Below, piece by piece: positions 35,681 through 44,774 of a DNA stretch of 58,082 nt (positions are counted from its first letter, which is position 1; the number at the start of each line of letters is the position of its first letter). The stretch comes from a virus (lineage: Duplodnaviria > Caudoviricetes): positions 1 through 58,082 of IMG/VR virus record IMGVR_UViG_3300048856_000104. One strand, given 5' to 3'. The position numbers and the translations under genes are program-made. A model generated the notes under the pieces. The model ran no database searches. It had not been told where the DNA came from and saw only the letters and a list, made by a program, of their open reading frames with translations.

Positions 35681-36108
35681 GTTACACCTCAATCACAGCT
35701 TTAAATATGCTCTACCAGCATATCGGGAATAGCATTCTGATGACCGATGCTAAGAGGCCAAACGGTAAGCTTTGCAAGTACCAGCGGCCAATGAATTCGG
35801 TTCTTGAAGATGTTGTGATTAACAGCCTTGGACTTAACAGAGAGGATGTTCAGGAAGGTGTTTTGAATGTAAATATTTTTGTTCCAAACTTGGTTATACC
35901 ATCAAACGCTGCTGATAAGAGTCAACCGGACACCGCAAGGCTTACTTACCTGCTGAATCTGGCAAGCATTGCTTTAGGTGAAGGAAATGAGATATGGGAA
36001 GCAACCGGCAACTACTGCTTTAATCTCCAACAAGACAAACTATTCCAGGACGAGAATAATCAACATTACCTCAACCTGCGGGTAGAATTTTATTCATTAA
36101 ATTATTAA
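35677..36108 (+). CDS. Tail terminator/completion protein
   Basis: Position before the tail tube gene. Confidence 0.6.
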   Translation: MSYTSITALNMLYQHIGNSILMTDAKRPNGKLCKYQRPMNSVLEDVVINSLGLNREDVQEGVLNVNIFVPNLVIPSNAADKSQPDTARLTYLLNLASIALGEGNEIWEATGNYCFNLQQDKLFQDENNQHYLNLRVEFYSLNY

Positions 36109-36119
36109 ATACCAATAAT

Positions 36120-36626
36120 ATGGCAAAGAAAGTATACGGCTTAAAAGCCATTACAATGGGTCCGGTTGCCGGTGATGGTGGCATGGGAACAACTCTCACT
36201 GAAGTGCTCGGCGCCACTGTCAAAGGTACAGCGACCCTGACTTCTACAACTCCTGAAACAACTGAGATCGAGATTGAAGAGTCGGATGATCTTTACGATG
36301 AAATCGTAACTAAAGCAGGTGCATGGAGTTTGGCTGCAAGTACCTATAATGTTTCTGCTGCAACGATGCTGGAGCTTTTCGGCGGAACAGTCGCAGCCGG
36401 TGTTTGGTCGCCTCCAGTAGATGGCACTACAGTTACTGTAAAAAGATCTGTGATGGCTGAGACTCGCACCGGAATCAGATTCAGATTTGTAAACATGAGC
36501 TTAACAGCTACTGCTGAGTTTGCATTTGATAAAACTCGTTTAGGACAGATCAACTGGACTGGTAAGGTTCTGAAAGCAACCAAAGCCGCCACTCCTGCGA
36601 TGTCTATCGACTTCGGTACTGAATAA
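36120..36626 (+). CDS. Major tail tube protein
   Basis: 168 aa beta-rich protein followed by a hairpin and the chaperone gene. Confidence 0.75.
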   Translation: MAKKVYGLKAITMGPVAGDGGMGTTLTEVLGATVKGTATLTSTTPETTEIEIEESDDLYDEIVTKAGAWSLAASTYNVSAATMLELFGGTVAAGVWSPPVDGTTVTVKRSVMAETRTGIRFRFVNMSLTATAEFAFDKTRLGQINWTGKVLKATKAATPAMSIDFGTE

Positions 36627-36634
36627 ATTTTTAC

Positions 36635-36661
36635 GAGGGTACCATGATCATTGGTGCCCTC
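36635..36661 (+). terminator. Stem-loop after the tail tube gene
   Basis: GAGGGTACCA/TGGTGCCCTC. Confidence 0.55.
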
Positions 36662-36673
36662 TTATAATCTTCC

Positions 36674-37183
36674 ATGGAACAATCTGAATTAAATAAAATA
36701 CTTGCTGAAGTCGGAAGAACTGTAATACAACAACCGAAAGAGGTGGAGGTTGATATCAGACCTACAAACTGGTTGCAGAAACTCCTTATGAAAAAGGGCT
36801 TTTTGAAATCAAAAAAGGTTTTCACCATCTATCCAATTTCCGTTGGTAACAGGTTCAGGATTTCACCTGTGGCACTCAAGATCCCAGAGGGACTCTTTTC
36901 TAAAAAGGTTGAAGAAGGCGAGTTGTGGAAAGCGATTAAAGACCATACAGAGGATTTAATCTACGTCGTAGCAGTTTGTATCGAAAATAGAAGAAAGGAG
37001 CCATCAAAGGCGCTAATTCGATTCCTGCGGTCCATAGACGATGAAAAGTTCTATGAGCTTTTAGATGCCTCGCTTTCGATGGCTGGAGTGCCAAATTTTA
37101 CAAAATCTATCATCTTGATAAGAGGACAAAATGTAATTACTGCGAAGGACGCGGATGTGACGCCTGCGATTACACCGGAATAG
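36674..37183 (+). CDS. Tail assembly chaperone (gpG-like)
   Basis: Lies between the tail tube and tape measure genes. Confidence 0.75.
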   Translation: MEQSELNKILAEVGRTVIQQPKEVEVDIRPTNWLQKLLMKKGFLKSKKVFTIYPISVGNRFRISPVALKIPEGLFSKKVEEGELWKAIKDHTEDLIYVVAVCIENRRKEPSKALIRFLRSIDDEKFYELLDASLSMAGVPNFTKSIILIRGQNVITAKDADVTPAITPE

Positions 37184-37419
37184 TCAAAGATGAGTCTCAA
37201 GAAACCAAGGGAGGTGATAGCCCTTGGAATATTATCGGTTCTTACCGAAAGTACTTTAAATGTAGCAGGGAGAAAGTCCTCTGGAAAACAAGCTGGGTAA
37301 ACTTCAACATGGATTTAGCCACCATTCCAAGCTACGATGCCAAGAATAAAGACAACGATACTAAGGTGATATCACCTGAAGATGAAGAAGCTGAATTAAG
37401 GAAAGAATTAGGATTATAG
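37093..37419 (+). CDS. -1 frameshift extension of the chaperone (gpGT-like)
   Basis: In-frame slippery A AAT TTT (37093-37099); -1 frame open 37057-37419, ending 1 nt before the tape measure ATG. Confidence 0.7.
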   Translation, partial: KFYKIYHLDKRTKCNYCEGRGCDACDYTGIVKDESQETKGGDSPWNIIGSYRKYFKCSREKVLWKTSWVNFNMDLATIPSYDAKNKDNDTKVISPEDEEAELRKELGL

Positions 37420-37420
37420 C

Positions 37421-40400
37421 ATGAATGTAAACGGTGGACCTTTAGACTTTGTAGCTGCTTTAGATAACTCGCAGTTTGGTGCCGCTATGCGTGAGATGCG
37501 CAACGATGTGTCCAGGCTTACCGGTGATCTTCAGACTCAAGGTGCACAGATTGAGAGCTTCGCCAGTAAAGCCGCCGCCGCTGCTGCTGGTTTCTTCTCT
37601 ACCCAGGCTGCTGCTGGATTTGTAAAACAAATGGTTCAGGTAAGAGGTGAATTTCAGCAGATCGAAATCGCATTTAATACCATGCTCGGCAGCAAAGAAA
37701 AGGCCGATCAGCTGATGGCTGAAGCTGTTAAACTTGCTGCAATTACACCCTTTAATCTTCAAGACGTTGCAAAAGGCGCCAAGCAGTTGCTCGCTTACGG
37801 CTTTGCTGCGGATGATATTACCAAGGAACTTACTAAACTTGGAAACGTAGCCTCTGGTGTAGGTTCTCAGTTAGGTGACATTGTTTACCTGTATGGTACC
37901 ATGAAAGCCGGAGGCCGGGTTACTCAGGTCGATTTAAACCAGTTCGCCGGCCGTGGTATTCCGATTTACGATGAACTTGCTAAAGTAATTGGAAGGACTA
38001 CCGGCGAGGTGCGTGCTTACGTTTCAGCCGGAAAGATCGGTTTCCCTGAAGTTGAGAAAGCATTTGCTAATATGACTGGCCAGGGTGGTAAGTTCTTCAA
38101 CTTAATGCAGGAACAATCCAAATCACTCACTGGCCAGTTAGCCAACTTAGGTGATGCCTGGGACATGATGCTGAACTCACTTGGTAAATCTCAAGAGGGC
38201 ATTATTGGCGACGGCATTCAGGCAGCAATCGAGCTGGTGCAAAACTACCAACGTGTAATCGAAATCATTGAACTACTGGTTATCACTTACGGATCATACA
38301 GAGCTGCTCTATTAATCACTACAACTGTCACCAGTGGTATGTCGGCTGTCGAGCTCATCCACTACAACATCCTTGTAATGAAGGAGCGGCTCATGGGAAT
38401 TCTTAACAGTAAACAGACTGCTCTTGCTGTCAGTACCGCTGCATACACCGCAGTATTAGCAGCACTTGTTTCCGTTGGATATTCACTCATTCAATACCAG
38501 GATGCTGCCGAAATCTCAGAGAATTCACTTACCGAAGCAAGGGCCGCGGGTGTTAGAGCTGTAGAAAATGAAACTGAGAGAATTGATGATCTTATCAAAA
38601 CGATCAAAGATCATAATTCAACTAAGCGTCAACAGAAAGATGCATACGACACACTTTTAGAGACTACTAAAGGTGCTTTAGATCAATATTCACTTGAAGA
38701 GATTGCTGCGGGTCAAGGAGCAGAAGCAATCGATAAGTATAAGGAGTCAGTAAGGAAGGCTACTGAAGCGAATCGGGAGTTTGCCGACTACAAAGAAATC
38801 CAAACTCAAATTGATGCCATTACTGAAAAGGGTATAAAGTCAATCAGTATCTGGGACCAAGCCGCAATCTCCATCGGTAATTTTGGTAAGGCATTAAAGA
38901 TGGCGCTAACTGGCGATTTTTCTGGCCTTGCTAGAATGATGGACAAGGAATTAGCATTCAAGGATGTGGAGGATGCTAAAATCAAAGACTTGAAAGGTGC
39001 TCAAGGAAGGTTAATCTCAAATAACCCTGAAGTTCAAAAGCTGCTTGATGCGGAAAAGGCTGCCAAAGCAGCCGAAGAGGAAGCGAAAGCTAAAGAGATT
39101 TTAGCCGCCAAAACTGCTGAACAGCTTGCCAAAGAAGCCGCTGCTGCTAAAAAGTACAATGCCCTGCTTGAAAAACGTAAAGACCTGGAGCGCGAGGTCG
39201 GTCAGGATCTTGCAGGTGCACGTGCTGCTGCACTTTCTGAAGAGGATAAGGCTGTCGCTGCGATTAATGCAAAATACGACGATCGCCTTGCCCAAATTGA
39301 AAAGCTGAATAAGGGGCTAAAACCTGCGGATCAGATCAGTACCAAACCCGTGGAATCAGCTCGTGTGATCGAGCTTGGTGTGGCCGGAGTAGACCAGATC
39401 ATAAACGGCAAAGGTGGCTACAAGGAAGAACTTGAGCGTAAAAAGCAGCTATTTGAAGATTACGAAAATGCTAAAGCTGATTTCGGCCAAACAAAGGCCG
39501 ATCAGATGTATAAGGAAGAGATTGGCGAATATACCAGCTTCGTTGAATTCATTCAGAAAGACATCGAAAAGCGTAAAGGTGATCGCACTTTACTTGCTAC
39601 TAAAAAGAATGAAGTTGCAGCACCTATCCTGATTGATGAGACTCGTAATCAGCAAATCAAGTTCCAGCAGCTACTAAAAGATACCGAAACCTTCGAAGAA
39701 TCAAGAAACTTGATTATTGAGAAAGCGCTTCAACAAGCTGCGGATCTTCGTGCTAAAGGCTACGAGGATCAGGCTCAACAGGCCATCGCCAATGGAGAAG
39801 CGGAACTGGAACGTTTTGATTCTTCCATGATTCAGCAGATCTCTGGTTATAAGATGCTGTTTGAAGGCTTCACCAGGATGTCAACCGATGCTATTAATGA
39901 GTACATCCAAAAAGCGAAACAGAAAGCGGATGCAGATCTTGCGGCCGGACTGATTTCCCAAAAAGCATACCATCTAGTTATCAAAGCCATTAACAATGCT
40001 AAGGCTAACCTAAATGCTGCCATACCTAACCAGCTTCGTGGATTTGCTCAAATATTCAGAGACCTTGCATCGCAGACGGATGGCCTGTCATCCGGACTTA
40101 CCAATGTTCTAAGTATCCTCGGTGACATGGTGAGCTCAGCTGCTGACGTGAAGCAAGGCATCGCAGATACCAAAGATGCAATCGCCAATTATAAAGAGGC
40201 GAAGGAAGAAGCTGGTGGCGGTTTACTCGGAACGCTAAGTGCGGGTCTTGCTATTGCAGGTCCAGCTTCAAAAGCAATAGGGGCGGTAGTCGGGGTCGTA
40301 AAAGGCATTACGGGATTCTTTAAGGCAGCCAAGGAAAGCGCAAAGCAGGCCGCTGCGGAAGTGCAGACCTACCAAGACAACTCGATCAAAGGTGAGATTG

Positions 40401-41398
40401 CTTACAATCAGCTTCTGCGTGAACGGGCAAGGACTATGAAGAGTATTGGTGATCTATCACTTGCTGAACTCAGAACACAGCAAAGCATATTGGCTGCACA
40501 AAAAAGTCAGGCTCAATCAGACGAAGCTATGCTACTTGCAAGGATCAGAGCATCTGGCCAGCAGATCACAGGCATTCGTACGGAAAAGTACGGTGGCTTC
40601 CTGGGTATTGGCAGAAAAACCAGGACGGTCCAAGATACTGCGGGTCTTCAGGGATCCACCTATGAAGAGCTCGAAGAACTTTATACCAAGGGAAAGCTTA
40701 CCGATGCTACTAAAGCATGGTTTGAGGAACTAAAACGTGTAAAAGACGAAACTCAGGATATATCTGATGCCGCCAAAGAAGCTCAAGATGCCATTAACCA
40801 GGCGTTAACCGGAACCACAGCCAGCAGTATAGCTGATGCGATCATCAATGGATTCAAGCAAGGGAAACGCACTGCTGCGGATTTTGCAGATGACTTTAAG
40901 ACACTTATGAGTGATGCGATGTACAGGGCCATGAGTGATGAATTCCTTAACAAAGCTATTGCGGAGTTCTACACCCGTTTCGCTGAAAAATCGAAAGATG
41001 GGCTTACTGATAATGAAATCAAGGACCTGCAAGATGAATATACAGCTATCATCAATAAGGGTATTGAGCAGGCAAACAACATTGATAAGGTAATTGGTAA
41101 GCCAAATTCATCAGATAGTTCTTCAGGCGGAATTAAAGCCGCCGGCATTGCTGCATCTCAGGAATCAGTAGATGTAAACAACACTATTGCAAGATCCAAT
41201 TATGAGCAGCTGAAGTCTCTTGGGAAAACAGCTTTAGACCACCTTGCAGTCGCAACCCAGGGGATAGATTACTTGAACAAGATCGAACAGCATACTTTAC
41301 GGGGTGCTAACAACACCGATAAATTAAACTCAAAATTAGACCAGATTATCAACAACACAGCATCTCAAAGCGGTAGGGGGCTGCCAATTGGACAATGA
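37421..41398 (+). CDS. Tape measure protein
   Basis: 1325 aa, Ala-rich and helical; AAITPF...AKQLLAYG...QFAGRGIPI tape-measure N-domain. Confidence 0.95.
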   Translation: MNVNGGPLDFVAALDNSQFGAAMREMRNDVSRLTGDLQTQGAQIESFASKAAAAAAGFFSTQAAAGFVKQMVQVRGEFQQIEIAFNTMLGSKEKADQLMAEAVKLAAITPFNLQDVAKGAKQLLAYGFAADDITKELTKLGNVASGVGSQLGDIVYLYGTMKAGGRVTQVDLNQFAGRGIPIYDELAKVIGRTTGEVRAYVSAGKIGFPEVEKAFANMTGQGGKFFNLMQEQSKSLTGQLANLGDAWDMMLNSLGKSQEGIIGDGIQAAIELVQNYQRVIEIIELLVITYGSYRAALLITTTVTSGMSAVELIHYNILVMKERLMGILNSKQTALAVSTAAYTAVLAALVSVGYSLIQYQDAAEISENSLTEARAAGVRAVENETERIDDLIKTIKDHNSTKRQQKDAYDTLLETTKGALDQYSLEEIAAGQGAEAIDKYKESVRKATEANREFADYKEIQTQIDAITEKGIKSISIWDQAAISIGNFGKALKMALTGDFSGLARMMDKELAFKDVEDAKIKDLKGAQGRLISNNPEVQKLLDAEKAAKAAEEEAKAKEILAAKTAEQLAKEAAAAKKYNALLEKRKDLEREVGQDLAGARAAALSEEDKAVAAINAKYDDRLAQIEKLNKGLKPADQISTKPVESARVIELGVAGVDQIINGKGGYKEELERKKQLFEDYENAKADFGQTKADQMYKEEIGEYTSFVEFIQKDIEKRKGDRTLLATKKNEVAAPILIDETRNQQIKFQQLLKDTETFEESRNLIIEKALQQAADLRAKGYEDQAQQAIANGEAELERFDSSMIQQISGYKMLFEGFTRMSTDAINEYIQKAKQKADADLAAGLISQKAYHLVIKAINNAKANLNAAIPNQLRGFAQIFRDLASQTDGLSSGLTNVLSILGDMVSSAADVKQGIADTKDAIANYKEAKEEAGGGLLGTLSAGLAIAGPASKAIGAVVGVVKGITGFFKAAKESAKQAAAEVQTYQDNSIKGEIAYNQLLRERARTMKSIGDLSLAELRTQQSILAAQKSQAQSDEAMLLARIRASGQQITGIRTEKYGGFLGIGRKTRTVQDTAGLQGSTYEELEELYTKGKLTDATKAWFEELKRVKDETQDISDAAKEAQDAINQALTGTTASSIADAIINGFKQGKRTAADFADDFKTLMSDAMYRAMSDEFLNKAIAEFYTRFAEKSKDGLTDNEIKDLQDEYTAIINKGIEQANNIDKVIGKPNSSDSSSGGIKAAGIAASQESVDVNNTIARSNYEQLKSLGKTALDHLAVATQGIDYLNKIEQHTLRGANNTDKLNSKLDQIINNTASQSGRGLPIGQ

Positions 41399-42309
41399 AT
41401 AAGTACTTCTTAAACGGCAAAGAACTATCAGAGTACGGTCTTTTGCCGGCTCGCACTTCAGACAGCAATCTTGCCCTTGCCGGAGCTTGGGATATGCCAT
41501 CTCGAACAGGGAAAACCCATCATGTATGGCCAGACGGAGAAGGACTGGAACCTTACCTTCTTGACAAGGAAATAATTCACGGAGGTAGAGATCTAATCTT
41601 CAATTTCCACTTAAAGGCAAGTAGTCGAGAAACAGCATTCATCAAATGCAATGCGATCTATAATGACATAGCTCGGTTTACCGGCTTGGTCCCTTTCAGT
41701 TCTACTTATTTCGGCACACACAACATTCTAATCAAAGAAGAAATTAAGGTAAAGTACGTGGCGGGTGGCTTCGCAAGTGGCACACTAATCATGCGTGAGC
41801 CAATCGTCAACGTGAACGGAGTGCTGCCGGTGGCAGATTCTATTACACCATCAATTGATGACATCAGCCTTCAAACGATGGGCTTCGAAGTAAAGTCCAT
41901 GACAGATCAATATTCCAGGCCTGCAGCAAAAAGCTTTAATGTTACGGCATACGGTTACGAGGGGTATAAAGTCATGCCTGCCGGGTTTCGGACCATCAAT
42001 CTGGAGCTTGTCGGTAGATTCGAAAGCTATGCAGCGTTTTCTGATTCAATGAAAAACTTTGCTTACCTGCTTTCCAGACCGAACGCAAGGATACTCATTC
42101 ATAACAACATTGCCCGGGAAGTATTCTCCAAAGATGGATTTAAGGTTACTTCTCTCTATAAAAATGGCAGTGCATTCTTTGTACAAGTGATGGTGCCGCT
42201 TACCGAAATCCGCGTACTGGATATCTATGATCAATATACAGACAATGCCGGCGATGTACTAACCGACAACGACGGCAATATAATTACAGGCATTTTCAAT
42301 CTGAACTAA
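41395..42309 (+). CDS. Distal tail (Dit-like) protein
   Basis: Position after the tape measure; two-lobed. Confidence 0.6.
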   Translation: MNKYFLNGKELSEYGLLPARTSDSNLALAGAWDMPSRTGKTHHVWPDGEGLEPYLLDKEIIHGGRDLIFNFHLKASSRETAFIKCNAIYNDIARFTGLVPFSSTYFGTHNILIKEEIKVKYVAGGFASGTLIMREPIVNVNGVLPVADSITPSIDDISLQTMGFEVKSMTDQYSRPAAKSFNVTAYGYEGYKVMPAGFRTINLELVGRFESYAAFSDSMKNFAYLLSRPNARILIHNNIAREVFSKDGFKVTSLYKNGSAFFVQVMVPLTEIRVLDIYDQYTDNAGDVLTDNDGNIITGIFNLN

Positions 42310-44774
42310 TGGCTAAGAAGAATATATTCACCGATCTACAGAAAAGGACAGGATCCAAGTCTACAGACAGGCTGCTTTTAATGAATCCTGAGACAAAGGC
42401 CGTTCAGTATGTTGAGCTTGGTGACCTTTCTCAGGCGGGAGGTGGTGGAAGCAGCGCAGTTAACCAGCCAATGGAGGTTGAGCTTGTTACAAGCCGTCCG
42501 GCTGGTAAAATCAGTTCTGAAACAGGAGCGTTTGCGACAAGTACTACAGATCATGTCAGCGGTTTTATTGCAGTTACCCCGGGAGAGAAAATACTGATAC
42601 GTTATAGGTCCAGCGACTTTAACCCCTCGCCACCAGCAATAGTGACCGGCATTTGCGGATATTCGGCTGCGAATTATGGATCATTCGTTACCACAAAAGA
42701 TGCTGCTGGTTTTCCAATAGGCAATATCTTCAACCTGTACAGGTTTAACGCTGAAAATGGTACATCTGTAGAGGGAGCAGTAGACTTCATAGATGTTATC
42801 AGGACAATACCTGCAGGGGCGAATTTCGTTAACGGAAGTTCTGCCAATGGTGTACCGATCAGTATCAAAGCTATCCGCAACACCGGAACCCTGGAGCAAT
42901 CACTAAAGCAGATTTATGATAAAGTAAATACCAAGCCACCTACCAGCGGCAATACTGGCGGATCTGGATCAAGCAATGACTTCACCGACGAGATGAAGAA
43001 TAAGCTGCAGGGTATTCAGACGCCGACAGCACATCTTGTTGAAAAGGAAAATGGCAATGCCATACAGTTTACCGACGTAGCAACCGGATTGCCGTTTCTG
43101 GGATTTGTAAAAAATGGCGCCTGGGTGATTGAAGGCAATACCAAGACGCTGCGAAGTTTCCCTTATCCTGTTGGATTCTCAGCTGAAAGGGACAAACTCA
43201 CCTCTACCTATACACCTGCATTTAATGATGCTGCTATAGTCACCGGCGAAAATGGTTTTGGACCGAGCATATGGAAGCTCAGCGGTGCCTACGATTTTAC
43301 TGAAGCTGATGCGGTAATGGACTTTGCGATATCAAAAGGTATTACGCGATTCCATAATGCGCATTTAACATGGCATCATGCGGAAAACATCCCTGCCTCC
43401 TGGAAGAAGGTAGCCACTGACAACCCTGGCAATGAAAAAGCAGCCCTGACAGCGCAACTGAAAATATACATCCCAACTGTAATCAACCATTTCAAGACTA
43501 AATACCCGAATGTTACGATCAGCTGGAACGTAATGAATGAGGCTATCACCAACAGCGGGACTCAAACGCCGTGTATGTGGGCCGATTACTTCACTCTTGA
43601 TGAGTTGTTTGAAATCACCTTCACAGCGGCAAGGCAGGCTGATCGAACGATCGACTTAGCTTATAACGACTACAACTTTGAAAACTCCGGAGGGGCAAGA
43701 ACAACAACGCTGATCGGATGCATGAATACGCTTAAAGCCAAAAATATCATGGTGGCTGGAAGGCGGGTTGAGGTGGATATGATTGGTAGCCAAATGCACA
43801 CTTTCTTAGCTATTGCAGAAGCTGGTACCGAAGCGATGTCGGTCGGAGGTATTGACTTCTTCAGGGCTTCCTTAAAGCGACTTGCTGATACCGGGGCAAA
43901 GATCTTAATAACCGAACTTGACTTTAAGACAGGTAAACCATACGATGCTGCAAAAGCGGAACGGTTAGCAAATGCGTACTACAATGTATTTCTTACTTAC
44001 GAAAGGGCGGTACCCGCGGCCCAAAGGGCTGGTATTGTGATATGGTCAACCACCGACAGGTATAGCTACATCAATGTTAATAAAGGCTATACCGCTCCTG
44101 ATGGGTCTAATCCACCAAACGACTACCCGGCACTATATGACTGGTGGGGACAAAAGAAGCTGGCGTATGACAGGTTACTTACGCTACTTGACCGCCCTCA
44201 GCTAAATGCTGACGTTTACCAGGACTTCATGGTTGCAAATCCTATAACTGATATAACAGGAACGTACACTGGCGGCAAAACACCTCTACAGTGGAAAAAG
44301 ACAGGGTATACCGGTGGTAACATCGAAATCAGCGAAATCGGCATCAATGCCAGACAAACGAGTCAGAATAGTTCAACGATCGTGTACATGGATTACCCAT
44401 ACCGGAACAGAACGCTTATTACCAGGTTAAACAGAATTCCTTCATCTACACGCACGACGATCATATTAATTAAGTACCAGGACACAAATAATTTCCTTGC
44501 GGTGCAGGCTACCAATACAGATAAAATATGGGTGCTATTTAAAAGGGTTGACAGTAACGATACCCGGCTAATTGAAACCACCGTTGCGCCTACAAAAAAG
44601 GACGAGATCAAGGTAACCACCATTGGCGATAAGGTCACCTTATATATCAACGGCCAGAACATGGGAACAGTTACCGAAGGAGCCTTTCAGGACAGTCTTT
44701 CAGCAGGCTTCCGCTTCAAGGGATTTGATGACAAGTTCTCAAGCTACGAGGACATAATGCTGCATAAAATATAA
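42309..44774 (+). CDS. Tail-module protein with a GH10 glycoside hydrolase domain and a C-terminal beta-sandwich
   Basis: GEN, HLTWH, WNVMNE (acid/base), YNDYN, GSQMH, ITELD (nucleophile), WSTTD..SY. Confidence 0.85.
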   Translation: MAKKNIFTDLQKRTGSKSTDRLLLMNPETKAVQYVELGDLSQAGGGGSSAVNQPMEVELVTSRPAGKISSETGAFATSTTDHVSGFIAVTPGEKILIRYRSSDFNPSPPAIVTGICGYSAANYGSFVTTKDAAGFPIGNIFNLYRFNAENGTSVEGAVDFIDVIRTIPAGANFVNGSSANGVPISIKAIRNTGTLEQSLKQIYDKVNTKPPTSGNTGGSGSSNDFTDEMKNKLQGIQTPTAHLVEKENGNAIQFTDVATGLPFLGFVKNGAWVIEGNTKTLRSFPYPVGFSAERDKLTSTYTPAFNDAAIVTGENGFGPSIWKLSGAYDFTEADAVMDFAISKGITRFHNAHLTWHHAENIPASWKKVATDNPGNEKAALTAQLKIYIPTVINHFKTKYPNVTISWNVMNEAITNSGTQTPCMWADYFTLDELFEITFTAARQADRTIDLAYNDYNFENSGGARTTTLIGCMNTLKAKNIMVAGRRVEVDMIGSQMHTFLAIAEAGTEAMSVGGIDFFRASLKRLADTGAKILITELDFKTGKPYDAAKAERLANAYYNVFLTYERAVPAAQRAGIVIWSTTDRYSYINVNKGYTAPDGSNPPNDYPALYDWWGQKKLAYDRLLTLLDRPQLNADVYQDFMVANPITDITGTYTGGKTPLQWKKTGYTGGNIEISEIGINARQTSQNSSTIVYMDYPYRNRTLITRLNRIPSSTRTTIILIKYQDTNNFLAVQATNTDKIWVLFKRVDSNDTRLIETTVAPTKKDEIKVTTIGDKVTLYINGQNMGTVTEGAFQDSLSAGFRFKGFDDKFSSYEDIMLHKI

